The notes under the pieces were generated by a model. The model saw nothing but the letters and a program-made list of their open reading frames with translations. It had not been told where the DNA came from and did no database searches. The translations under genes were made by a program, and so were the position numbers. A stretch of DNA of 64,000 bases, taken from contig JBOGTC010000013.1 in the NCBI GenBank assembly GCA_050692055.1, positions 2,202 through 66,201 of the forward strand. Direction: 5' to 3'. Shown one piece after another: positions 9,001 through 17,859 of the stretch (position 1 is its first letter; every line of letters begins with the position of its first letter). This DNA comes from Candidatus Limnocylindria bacterium. GTDB lineage: Bacteria > Chloroflexota > Limnocylindria > QHBO01.

Positions 9001-9069
9001 CCGCGGATGGGGCGGCCCAGAGGCCCACGAACCAACACCCGCGAACACGCTCGGTACAATCGCAGGGTC

Positions 9070-10488
9070 ATGACGGACCCTCTTCCGCAGGTGCGCCTGC
9101 ACAACTCGCTGACGCGCAGGACCGAGGCTCTCGAGCCGATCACGCCAGGGCGCGTCACGATCTACACCTGCGGACCGACCGTCTACCGCTACGCCCACAT
9201 CGGCAACCTGCGCTCGTTCCTCTTCGCCGACCTGCTGCGCCGCGCGCTCCAGTACCTCGGCTACGAGGTGCGCCACGTCAAGAACATCACCGATGTCGGC
9301 CACATGCGCGACGACACGTTCGACGCCGGTGAGGATCGCATCGAGGCCTCCGCCGCCGAGGAGGGCAAGTCGCCGGCTGAGCTGGCCCAGTTCTACACCG
9401 ATGCGTGGCTCGAGGACGAGGCGGCGATCAACATCCTGCCGGTCGACGTCTACCCCAGGGCGACCGACCACGTGCCCGAGATGATCGACATCACCCGGCG
9501 GCTGGTCCAGCGCGGCCTGGCGTACGAGGTCGACGGCACGGTCTACTTCGACGTCTCCGAGTTCCCTGGCTACGGCAAGCTCTCGGGTCAGCGCCTGGAC
9601 TACATGCACGCCGGGCACCGGGTCGAGGTGGAATCCGACAAGCGCGACCCGGAGGACTTCGCGCTCTGGAAGCGGGCGGGCCCGAATCGGCTCATGAAGT
9701 GGCCGTCACCCTGGGGGGATGGCTTCCCCGGCTGGCACATCGAGTGCTCGGCGATGAGCCTCAAGCACCTCGGCGAGCGCCTGGACATCCACACCGGCGG
9801 GATCGACAACAAGTTCCCGCACCACGAGGACGAGATTGCCCAGTCGGAGGGGGCGCTCGGCCATCCGGTCGTCAGCATCTGGATGCACGGCGAGTTCCTG
9901 ACGCTCGGCGACGCCAAGATGGCGAAGAGCGCCGACAACATCATCCGCGTCACCGACCTGCCGGCGAAGGGCTTCGAGCCGCTCGTCTTCCGCTACCTGG
10001 CGCTCACTGCCCACTATCGGTCCAAGCTCGACTTCACCGCCGACGCCATGCACGCCGCAGCCTCCGGGATGGCTCGCCTTCGGCGGGCTGCAACAGCCGG
10101 AACCGATGATGACGGCGCGGGCCTCGATCCCGCCGCTGAGCCGATGGCGCGCTACCGCGCGCGCTTCGCCGAAGCGATCGCCGACGACCTCGCCACGCCG
10201 CGGGCGCTTGCGATAGCGCACGAGGTCGAGAAGGCGGCGGATCTCACGGCCGCGCAGCGCCGCGCCCTGCTGCTCGAGTTCGACCGCGTGCTGGGGCTCG
10301 ATCTCGGCGCTGCCCCGTTGCCGGCAGGCGAGCTGCCGGAGGGAGCATCCGAGCTGCTCGAGCAGCGCGTCGCGGCCCGGGCCAGCCGCGACTTCGCCGC
10401 CTCCGATGCGCTGCGCGACGAGCTGGCGGCCATGGGCGTCGAGGTGCGAGACACAGCAGACGGACAGGTGGCGACCTTCCGGCGCTGA
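9070..10488 (+). CDS. cysS: Cysteine--tRNA ligase
   Basis: ATG at 9070. Has CGPTVYRYAHIGNLRSF (HIGH-type motif), WHIECSAM, and KMAKSADN (KMSKS motif). Confidence 0.95.
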   Translation: MTDPLPQVRLHNSLTRRTEALEPITPGRVTIYTCGPTVYRYAHIGNLRSFLFADLLRRALQYLGYEVRHVKNITDVGHMRDDTFDAGEDRIEASAAEEGKSPAELAQFYTDAWLEDEAAINILPVDVYPRATDHVPEMIDITRRLVQRGLAYEVDGTVYFDVSEFPGYGKLSGQRLDYMHAGHRVEVESDKRDPEDFALWKRAGPNRLMKWPSPWGDGFPGWHIECSAMSLKHLGERLDIHTGGIDNKFPHHEDEIAQSEGALGHPVVSIWMHGEFLTLGDAKMAKSADNIIRVTDLPAKGFEPLVFRYLALTAHYRSKLDFTADAMHAAASGMARLRRAATAGTDDDGAGLDPAAEPMARYRARFAEAIADDLATPRALAIAHEVEKAADLTAAQRRALLLEFDRVLGLDLGAAPLPAGELPEGASELLEQRVAARASRDFAASDALRDELAAMGVEVRDTADGQVATFRR

Positions 10489-10507
10489 CTCGAGTGCCCC
10501 TGATTGG

Positions 10508-11014
10508 TCAGCCGACCGCCAGGGCCAGGAAGACCCCTGCGGCCACGGCAGTCCCGACGACCAGCACGGAACCCCATATGCGCGCCGAGGGCGGCGGCAT
10601 GATCGCAACCCAGCTCGCCAGGCGTTCGCCCTCGGCCCGAAGCCACCCCAGCATTCGCATGCGGGCAGAGGGCGGCGGCATCGCTGCGCTCCAGCTCTTC
10701 AGCCCTCTGGCTGCGGTGCGCAGCACTGCCACGATCCGCGCGATGACCGCGGCGCGGAGGGCTCCCCAGTCCCTACCCGGCACCGCCGGGGGACGCGGCA
10801 CCCTCTGGCGAAGCGGAAGCGGCATCACCGGGTCTCCCCGCCTCACCGAGCGGACGGCCTGGGCCAGCGCGGCTGGCGCCGCGCCACAGGCGGTGCACCG
10901 GACCCCCGACGCGGTTCCCGGAGCGATCCCCAACGGCCCGCCACAGCGCCGGCAGAAGCGGGCACGCTCGCCCGTCTTTGGACGCCGGAGACGCCCGTAC
11001 TGCAGCGCTCGCAT
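10508..11014 (-). CDS. Hypothetical zinc-ribbon protein with a C-terminal TM segment and an internal short repeat
   Basis: CRRCGGPL...VRCTACG ribbon. Strong G/C preference at third codon positions in this frame, whereas the overlapping + strand ORF reads as Arg/Pro/Ser noise. Repeat AMPPPSARM / IMPPPSARI. TM VLVVGTAVAAGVFLALAV. Confidence 0.5.
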   Translation of the reverse strand: MRALQYGRLRRPKTGERARFCRRCGGPLGIAPGTASGVRCTACGAAPAALAQAVRSVRRGDPVMPLPLRQRVPRPPAVPGRDWGALRAAVIARIVAVLRTAARGLKSWSAAMPPPSARMRMLGWLRAEGERLASWVAIMPPPSARIWGSVLVVGTAVAAGVFLALAVG

Positions 11015-11265
11015 CGATCACGCCCCCCGAGCTGAATCCAAACACCATCACGGCTCCAGGCGGCGCCCGGCGTCGTGGAGCCGGAGTATTGCAGCCGCGG
11101 ATCACGCTGAATACCGGAGCGGTGACTGGCTGCACCGGATTAGTACCGTCGTACTGGCCGCCGTGGTTCGGACGGCCTATGATGCCGCGACGTGCCGTGA
11201 CCGAGCCCTGACGGCAAACTGCACTACGCCACCCATCCACGTTGCACGCTAAAGGGGGAGCTGGG

Positions 11266-13443
11266 GTGTCCTACTCTTGGATCTCAATGCCGCGCGCCCG
11301 CGCGCGCGCGATCGCAGCCGGCCTGATCACCGCCCTCGCGCTGCTGCCGATGCTGCTGATCACGCCCATCGCCGGGGTAGAGGTCGATGCAGGCTACAAG
11401 GACCATTCGTTCGGCCCGGCTGGCACGCCCACCGGCGACAAGCCACAGTCCCAGGTCTGGTTCGCCGACGGGTCCTGGTGGGGCGGCCTCTTCGTCTCGG
11501 GTTCAGACGACTATCGCATCCACAAGCTCGACACGGACATGCAGGCATGGAGCGCCACGGACGCGATCGTGGACGAGCGCAACGACACGCACGGCGACTA
11601 CCTGTGGGACGAGGCGAGCGACACGCTGTACGTCGCGTCGGTGCATGCCGACAGCAACGATGCTGCCATCAAGTTCTTCAGGTTCAGCTACAGCGCCGGC
11701 ACCTATACCTCCGCCTTCCCGGACGGCATCGACGCCGCATTCGGCCCATCCGAGACGGTCACGATCGCCAAGGACAGCCAGGGCCAGCTGTGGATCAACT
11801 ATACGAATCCGAACGGCCCGTACTGCGAGCAGGACGATTCGTGTGAGAGCGTGGAGCCACCGCCCTCAGGGCCGCCGCTGAACGAGGTCAACCGCAACGT
11901 TATGGTCGCCACCTCCGACGATGACGGTGCGACCTGGGACTCCTTTGTCCTCCCCAACTCGAGCGAGATCAGCTCCGATGACATCTCGGCCATCACCGCC
12001 TTCGGTGGCAATTCGGTCGGCATCATGTGGAGCAACGGCCTCGACAGCGAGACAAGCACGTCATTCAACTGGTCGAGCCACGCGGACGGTGCCGATGTCG
12101 ACGCCCCCGAGGCGTGGTCTGCCGAGGCAGAGGTGAGCTCTGGCGCGACAACCTATGCAGAGGATCACATCAACCTCAAGCTGACCGCCACGGCTTCGGG
12201 CACGGTCCTGGCCGCGGTCAAGACCAACGGACCAGACTCGGACGCCGATATCATGCTGCTCCGGCGCGACGGTCCGGCCACCTGGACCGAGCACGCCGTC
12301 GTGCATGGCGGCGGACCCACCCGACCACAGGTGGTGGTCGACCAGACGAACGCTGACGTCTACGTCCTCTACACCTTGCCGGAGAGCCCGCCCGACCAGG
12401 CCATCTACTACAAGAGCTCGCCGCTCAGCACGCTCGACTTCGACCCGGGCACGCCGGGGACGCCGTTCATCCAGAGCAACGATGACCCGGAGATCAACAA
12501 CGTCTCGACCGCCAAGCACACGGTGACGGCAGCGTCGGGGCTGCTGGCGACGGCCAGCGACGAGAGCACGGAGTTCTATTTCCACGGCTTCCTGGAGCTC
12601 GAGGGCACACCTGAACCCCCCCCGCCCGCCGCGCCGACCAACCTGAGCGCCACGGCCGGTGACGGCGAGGTGGCCCTGAGCTGGACGGCCTCCACGGGCG
12701 CCACGAGCTACAACGTCAAGCGTGGCACCACCGACGGCGGGCCCTACAGCACCATCGCGAGCCCGACCACGACGAGCCACACCGATACCACCGTCACCAA
12801 CGGCACCACCTACTACTACGTGGTCAGCGCCGAGAACGCCGATGGCGAGAGCAATGACTCGAGTCAGGTCAGCGCCACGCCGAGCGCCGAGCCCCCGCCG
12901 CCGCCTCCACCTCCGCCGCCGGACGAGGACCATCCGTTCACCGACATCGACGGCCACCAGTTCGAGGCGGACATCGTCTGGCTCTACAACGCCGGCATCA
13001 CGTCGGGCTGCAGCTCGACCCGCTTCTGCCCCGACAACGCCGTCAACCGCGAGCAGATGGCCAGCTTCCTGGTCCGCGCGCTGGACCTGCCGGCCTCGAG
13101 CACCAACTACTTCGGCGACGACGATGGCAGCATCCATCACGCCGATATCAACGCCCTGCGCGCGTCGGGCATCACCGGTGGCTGCGGCGGCACCAACTAC
13201 TGCCCCAAGCAGGTTGTCAACCGCGAGCAGATGGCCAGCTTCCTGACCAGGGCGCTGGACCTGGCTCCGTCGAGCGACAACGAGTTCACCGATGACGATG
13301 CGAGCATCCACCACGCCGATATCAACGCCCTGGCCGCCTCGGGCATCACCGGTGGCTGCGGCGGCAACAACTACTGTCCGCTGGGCGCGGTGACCCGCGG
13401 CCAGATGGCGGCCTTCCTGCATCGGGCATCGCCGAGGTTCTGA
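11266..13443 (+). CDS. Secreted cell-wall-anchored protein P1: BNR/sialidase-like N-terminal domain, FN3 domain, poly-Pro linker, 3 SLH-like repeats
   Basis: GTG at 11266 lies 5 nt after GGGGGAG (alternative ATG at 11287). Signal-like AIAAGLITALALLPMLLITPIAG. Family motif PTGDKPQSQVWFADGSWWG...YRIHKL. Canonical Asp-box SDDDGATW (11914-11937). FN3-like APTNLSATAGDGEVALSWT...YYYVVSAEN. Three repeats of the type F(T/G)DD...H..DI..L...GIT.GC....(F/Y)CP...V.R.QMA.FL.RAL. Confidence 0.8.
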   Translation: MSYSWISMPRARARAIAAGLITALALLPMLLITPIAGVEVDAGYKDHSFGPAGTPTGDKPQSQVWFADGSWWGGLFVSGSDDYRIHKLDTDMQAWSATDAIVDERNDTHGDYLWDEASDTLYVASVHADSNDAAIKFFRFSYSAGTYTSAFPDGIDAAFGPSETVTIAKDSQGQLWINYTNPNGPYCEQDDSCESVEPPPSGPPLNEVNRNVMVATSDDDGATWDSFVLPNSSEISSDDISAITAFGGNSVGIMWSNGLDSETSTSFNWSSHADGADVDAPEAWSAEAEVSSGATTYAEDHINLKLTATASGTVLAAVKTNGPDSDADIMLLRRDGPATWTEHAVVHGGGPTRPQVVVDQTNADVYVLYTLPESPPDQAIYYKSSPLSTLDFDPGTPGTPFIQSNDDPEINNVSTAKHTVTAASGLLATASDESTEFYFHGFLELEGTPEPPPPAAPTNLSATAGDGEVALSWTASTGATSYNVKRGTTDGGPYSTIASPTTTSHTDTTVTNGTTYYYVVSAENADGESNDSSQVSATPSAEPPPPPPPPPPDEDHPFTDIDGHQFEADIVWLYNAGITSGCSSTRFCPDNAVNREQMASFLVRALDLPASSTNYFGDDDGSIHHADINALRASGITGGCGGTNYCPKQVVNREQMASFLTRALDLAPSSDNEFTDDDASIHHADINALAASGITGGCGGNNYCPLGAVTRGQMAAFLHRASPRF
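12922..13440 (+). repeat. Three tandem SLH-like repeat units (coding) at the C-terminus of P1
   Basis: Three ~57-aa units, each with GIT(S/G)GC...(F/Y)CP and REQMASFL / RGQMAAFL. The first and last units are near-identical at DNA level to the corresponding units of P2. Confidence 0.7.
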
Positions 13444-13467
13444 GGGACGCCAGGCGACGTATCCACT

Positions 13468-13497
13468 GATCGGGGCGGCAGCAATGCCGCCCCGATC
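13468..13497 (+). terminator. Candidate intrinsic terminator hairpin after P1
   Basis: Perfect 13-bp stem gatcggggcggca / tgccgccccgatc with loop gcaa, 25 nt after the stop. No obvious T-tract. Confidence 0.45.
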
Positions 13498-13556
13498 ACT
13501 ATCCTGCGGTGGGACTCGAGCTGGAGGATCAATGTGCGCGGACGCTCCCGCGGCTG

Positions 13557-15497
13557 ATGTCAGGAACCTTTGGCGCTGCCTCGCGTCCAGCCATCTCGGC
13601 GGCACTCTCGATCGGGCTGCTTGCCGCGGCGCTCCTCGTTTCGGCCGTTCTCTCCCCGGCCCGCGCGGCGGTAGGCGATATCGGCCATGAGGGACCATCC
13701 TTCGCAGGCTCCGTCTCGGCGCCAACCGGCGAGAAGCCGGAGAGCAAGCTGTGGTGGAACGACGGTCAGTGGTGGGGATCGCTCTTCGCGCCAGGCGCTG
13801 GGGAGTACCGCATCCATCGGCTCAACGTCGCGACCCAGACGTGGGTCGACACAGGCGTGCCGCTGGATGACCGGCCGGGCTCGAAGGCCGACACGCTCTG
13901 GGACCCAGGCGTCCAGAAGCTGTACGTGGCCTCGCACATCTTCTCGAGCGGGGCGAACGACGCCGGTTTCCCGGCGCGGCTGTATCGGTACAGCTACAAC
14001 GCGTCAACCGATGCCTACTCGCTCGACGCTGCCTTCCCCACGCAGATCAACAATGTCAAGAGCGAGACGCTCGTCATCGACAAGGACTCGAGCGGCCAGC
14101 TATGGACCACGTGGGAGCAGGGTGGAAAGGTCCATCTGAACCGCACACTGTGCACGGCCTGCACCCTTGCCGACGACGACAACTGGGGCACGCCGTTCCT
14201 TCACCCTGCCCCCGGGGCACAGAACGCGACCAGCGACGACATCTCGTCCATCGTGGCCTTCGACGGCGACAAGGTCGGCGTCATGTGGAGCAACCAGAAC
14301 GACGACCGCATGTATTTCTCGGTCCACCTGGACGCGAGCGACGACTCCACGTGGGAGACGGCGAGCGTGGCGTTCGGCGGGAACAACAACGCGGACGACC
14401 ATATCAACCTGAAGGCGCTCCAGACTGATCCGAACAGTGGTCGGGTCTTTGCGGCCATCAAGACCTCCCGCTCGGGAGGCAGCGATCCGCTCGTCGTCCT
14501 CGTGGTGTATGACCGGGATGCCCTGCGCTGGTCAACGGCCACGTTCGGGACGGTCGCGAACGACCATACCCGGCCGATCCTGATGCTGGATAGCAGCAAT
14601 CGACTGGTGCACATGTTCGCGATGGCCGGCGGCACGATCTACTGCAAGACCGCGGACATGGATGCGGCAACCCCCACGTTCCCGACCGGCCTGGGGCAGG
14701 CCGTCATGCACGACGCGAGCCGCGCGAGCATCAACGACCCCACCTCGTCGAAGCAGACGGTCAGCAGAACGACCGGCATGACCATCCTCGCCGGCAACGG
14801 TCGGACGGGGCGCTACTGGCATCACTACAACGCCCTGACGACGCCAGGCTGCAACCCCTCCAGCGGCGGCAGCTCCCCGACACCTTCACCATCCCCCACC
14901 CCGACGCCGACGCCGAGCCCCAGCCCGAGCCCGAGTCCGAGCCCGAGCCCGCCACCACCGCCTCCGCCACCGCCGGACGAGGACCATCCGTTCACCGATA
15001 TCGACGGCCACCAGTTCGAGGCGGACATCGTGTGGCTCTACAACGCCGGCATCACCTCGGGCTGCAGCTCGACCCGCTTCTGCCCCGACGACGCCGTCAA
15101 CCGCGAGCAGATGGCCAGCTTCCTGGTGCGCGCGCTGGACCTGGCGGCCACCAGCACCGACTTCTTCAGCGATGACAACAGCTCGATCCACGAGGACGAC
15201 ATCAACCGCGTGGCGGCAGCCGGCATCACCGGTGGCTGCGGCGGCACGAGCTACTGCCCTGAGCAGGTTGTCAATCGCGAGCAGATGGCCAGCTTCCTGG
15301 TGCGCGCCCTGGACCTGGCGGCCACCAGCACCGACTTCTTCACTGATGACAACAGCTCGATCCACGAGGACGACATCAACGCCCTGGCCGCCTCGGGCAT
15401 CACCGGTGGCTGCGGCGGCAACAACTACTGTCCGCTGGGCGCGGTGACCCGCGGCCAGATGGCGGCCCTCCTGCATCGGGCCTCCGCACGCTCCTGA
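13557..15497 (+). CDS. Secreted cell-wall-anchored protein P2: BNR/sialidase-like N-terminal domain, Ser/Thr/Pro linker, 3 SLH-like repeats
   Basis: ATG at 13557 gives MSGTFGAASRPAISAALSIGLLAAALLVSAVLSPARA. Family motif PTGEKPESKLWWNDGQWWG...EYRIHRL...LYVAS...DDISSIVAFDGDKVGVMWSNQ. Linker PSPSPTPTPTPSPSPSPSPSPSPPPPPPPPP followed by three SLH-like repeats. Confidence 0.8.
   Translation: MSGTFGAASRPAISAALSIGLLAAALLVSAVLSPARAAVGDIGHEGPSFAGSVSAPTGEKPESKLWWNDGQWWGSLFAPGAGEYRIHRLNVATQTWVDTGVPLDDRPGSKADTLWDPGVQKLYVASHIFSSGANDAGFPARLYRYSYNASTDAYSLDAAFPTQINNVKSETLVIDKDSSGQLWTTWEQGGKVHLNRTLCTACTLADDDNWGTPFLHPAPGAQNATSDDISSIVAFDGDKVGVMWSNQNDDRMYFSVHLDASDDSTWETASVAFGGNNNADDHINLKALQTDPNSGRVFAAIKTSRSGGSDPLVVLVVYDRDALRWSTATFGTVANDHTRPILMLDSSNRLVHMFAMAGGTIYCKTADMDAATPTFPTGLGQAVMHDASRASINDPTSSKQTVSRTTGMTILAGNGRTGRYWHHYNALTTPGCNPSSGGSSPTPSPSPTPTPTPSPSPSPSPSPSPPPPPPPPPDEDHPFTDIDGHQFEADIVWLYNAGITSGCSSTRFCPDDAVNREQMASFLVRALDLAATSTDFFSDDNSSIHEDDINRVAAAGITGGCGGTSYCPEQVVNREQMASFLVRALDLAATSTDFFTDDNSSIHEDDINALAASGITGGCGGNNYCPLGAVTRGQMAALLHRASARS
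14976..15494 (+). repeat. Three tandem SLH-like repeat units (coding) at the C-terminus of P2
   Basis: Same architecture as 12922-13440. 15375-15467 is a 93-nt perfect match to 13321-13413. About 165 nt from 14976 differ from 12922 onward at only about 6 positions. Confidence 0.7.
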
Positions 15498-15859
15498 GGA
15501 TGCCCGGCGACTCCACCGCGGGCTCGAGCGAGCGCGAGTTTGCAGAGGAGCCACGCGTGGTCACCCGGCCCTGATGTACCCTGCGCCGAATGTACGGGGA
15601 GGGTCATGACGACCGCTGACTCCCCAGTTGTTGACGACCCGCACCACTTACAGCGCTTAGGTGTGGTTAAGGCGGGATCAGAGGATTGTAAAGACCCCTT
15701 CACCCCCATTAGACTTGCCAGTACCTTCGACCCATGGTCTCAGCCATCGTGCCCAACATGGCTGGTACCCGTGGTCAATGCATTCAGCCGTACGGCACCA
15801 GCCACATAGGCGGCCGGTCCGCCCAACCGATGCGGGGGAACTCCCATGGATCTCACTCG

Positions 15860-17320
15860 ATGAACATCACCGTCATTGGCCAAGGTTACGTTGGCCTGGT
15901 GACCGCGGCCTGCTTTGCCGAGTGGGACCACCACGTTACCGGGATCGACGCCAATCCGCAGCGGATCTCCGCGCTCAAGGCTGGGCGCATCCCCTTCCAC
16001 GAGCCGGGCCTTGACGAGCTCGTCAAGAGCAACGTCGCAGCGGGACGCCTGCGCTTCACCGAGAGCTCGGCGGGCGTGCTGCGCGACAGCGACGTGGTGT
16101 TCGTTGCCGTCGGCACGCATGACGGCAACGGCGGGTGGCAGACGGCCACCATCCTCACCTGCCTGGGCGAGATTGTGCCCGAGCTTCCCGACAGGGCCGT
16201 CCTGGTGATCCGCTCGACGCTGCCGCCGGAGTTCGTGCGCCAGCTGGGCAACGTGGTCGACACGCTGCGCGAGCAGGCGGGCAAGCATTCCATTGCGGTG
16301 CTGCTGAATCCCGAGTTCACGCGCGAGGGAGCGGCCATCCTGGACTTCACCCAGCCGGAGCGAATCGTCTTCGGCGTATCGAGCGATCAAGATGAACGCG
16401 GTGTGGCCGCGATGCGCCAGCTCTACGCGCCGGCCAATGCACCCATGCTGGTGATGCCGGCCATCGACGCGGCGTTCTCGAAGCTGGGCGCCAACCTCTT
16501 CCTGGCCACCAAGATCAGCTTCGTCAATGAGCTCGCCTCGCTGTGCGACAGCTTCGGCGCGACCATCGATAACGTGGTCGGAGCCATGTCGTACGACGAG
16601 CGCATCGGTGGCCGCTTCCTGCATGCCGGCGTCGGCTTCGGCGGCTCGTGCCTGCCGCACCAGGTGAGCATGACGGTACGCACCGCGGGTATCGCCGGCG
16701 TGCCGGCTCCGCTGCTCACCGCCGTCGACGACATCAACCACCGCCGACGCACGGAGATGGTGGATCGCCTGATCGAGCTCCTCGATCGGCCCGTGGATGG
16801 CGCGCTCGTCGCGATCCTGGGACTGACCTTCAAGCCGCACACCGACGATCTGCGTGACGCTCCATCGCTGGCAATTGCGAAGCAGCTCCTCGAGCGAGGA
16901 GCAACCGTGGTCGCCTACGATCCGATGGAGACGGCGCGGACGCTGGCTGCAACGTTCGTGGATGGCCTGGTCACCGTTGCGTCGCCCGAGGAGGCGCTGC
17001 GAGGCGCCGACGCGGCCGCGGTGGTGACCGAGTGGCCGGACATTCGGCACCTCGACTGGGCGCACGTGCGCGGCCTGATGCGTGGTCACGTTGTCTTCGA
17101 CGGCCGGAATGCCCTCGATCCCTCCGCGGTGACAGCTGCAGGGTACCGATATGCAGCCTTCGGACGCGGGGAGCACGAGGCACCTGCCTTCGCGATGTCC
17201 CAGGAGCACCTCGGTCGGGGCATTGGCGCCGTAACGGTCGACGCCAGCCAGCTCGAGCCGGTCGCCGTGCCTGCCAGAACGCAGGCCAGCGACCGGGAGC
17301 GGGCAGGGAGAGGCGCATGA
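15860..17320 (+). CDS. ugd: UDP-glucose 6-dehydrogenase
   Basis: ATG at 15860. Has MNITVIGQGYVGLVTAACFA (Rossmann GxGxxG), NPEFTREGAA, catalytic Cys context GFGGSCLPHQ, and LGLTFKPHTDDLRDAP. Confidence 0.9.
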   Translation: MNITVIGQGYVGLVTAACFAEWDHHVTGIDANPQRISALKAGRIPFHEPGLDELVKSNVAAGRLRFTESSAGVLRDSDVVFVAVGTHDGNGGWQTATILTCLGEIVPELPDRAVLVIRSTLPPEFVRQLGNVVDTLREQAGKHSIAVLLNPEFTREGAAILDFTQPERIVFGVSSDQDERGVAAMRQLYAPANAPMLVMPAIDAAFSKLGANLFLATKISFVNELASLCDSFGATIDNVVGAMSYDERIGGRFLHAGVGFGGSCLPHQVSMTVRTAGIAGVPAPLLTAVDDINHRRRTEMVDRLIELLDRPVDGALVAILGLTFKPHTDDLRDAPSLAIAKQLLERGATVVAYDPMETARTLAATFVDGLVTVASPEEALRGADAAAVVTEWPDIRHLDWAHVRGLMRGHVVFDGRNALDPSAVTAAGYRYAAFGRGEHEAPAFAMSQEHLGRGIGAVTVDASQLEPVAVPARTQASDRERAGRGA

Positions 17321-17853
17321 TCGGGGCCGGGAGTCTGCGTGCCGCCATGGCCTTCGTCCGCGGGGCGACGCGACGCTGGACGACGAGCGATCGCAAGTCG
17401 CGGCGCCAGTCGCTGCAGGACCTGCAGCTCGAGCTTCGGCGCGAACTGCACCGAAGCCGCCGCTACAACCGAAGCTTCGTGATGATCCGAGGCTCGCTGC
17501 GTGGACCTTCGATCGGCAAAACCGAGCGGGAGGCGATGCTGCGAGCCGTCCGTGGAAGGCTGCGGGCCACCGACCACCTGTGCGTCGCGGATCGTCACGT
17601 GTACCTGCTGCTGCCCGAGTCAGAGCGAACCAGCGGCGACCTTCTCCTAGCCCGCTTGCGAGCGGAGGTGGCCGATCGAATCCCAGAGGGCGGCCTGACG
17701 CTGGCTGCCTTCCCCGAGGATGGATTGACCATTGGCTCGCTGCTGGCCGCCCTGCGGAAGCAGGATGCGGAGGCGCGTGACCGAATGGGTCGGATTCCTC
17801 GGGACACGACCGGCCGGATCCCGGATCTGGCGCAAGACCGCAGGGCGGGCTAG
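17317..17853 (+). CDS. Small degenerate GGDEF-like protein (GGDEF motif lost, RxxD I-site-like motif kept)
   Basis: ATG at 17317 overlaps the ugd stop (ATGA). The layout RSRRYNRSFVMIRG ... RLRATD-HLCVA-DRHVY-LLLPES ... LTLAAFPEDG...LLAALR mimics the GGDEF domain order. RATD sits 5 residues before the position of GG(D/E)EF. Confidence 0.5.
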   Translation: MIGAGSLRAAMAFVRGATRRWTTSDRKSRRQSLQDLQLELRRELHRSRRYNRSFVMIRGSLRGPSIGKTEREAMLRAVRGRLRATDHLCVADRHVYLLLPESERTSGDLLLARLRAEVADRIPEGGLTLAAFPEDGLTIGSLLAALRKQDAEARDRMGRIPRDTTGRIPDLAQDRRAG

Positions 17854-17859
17854 CGGGCC

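Noticed and set aside
8867-9069. Calling the cysS upstream element a T-box riboswitch.
   Set aside because: I could not find the conserved T-box sequence (GGUGGUACCGCG-like), AG-bulge or distal-loop motifs by eye. It is kept only as an unexplained alternative-pairing structure.
14880-14975. Short tandem DNA periodicity (ccgacgccgagccccagcccgagcccgagtccgagcccgagc...) as a possible CRISPR or VNTR.
   Set aside because: It is in frame inside P2 and encodes the (S/T)P-rich and poly-Pro interdomain linker. There is no spacer/repeat architecture. The same applies to the poly-Pro run at about 12895-12921 in P1.
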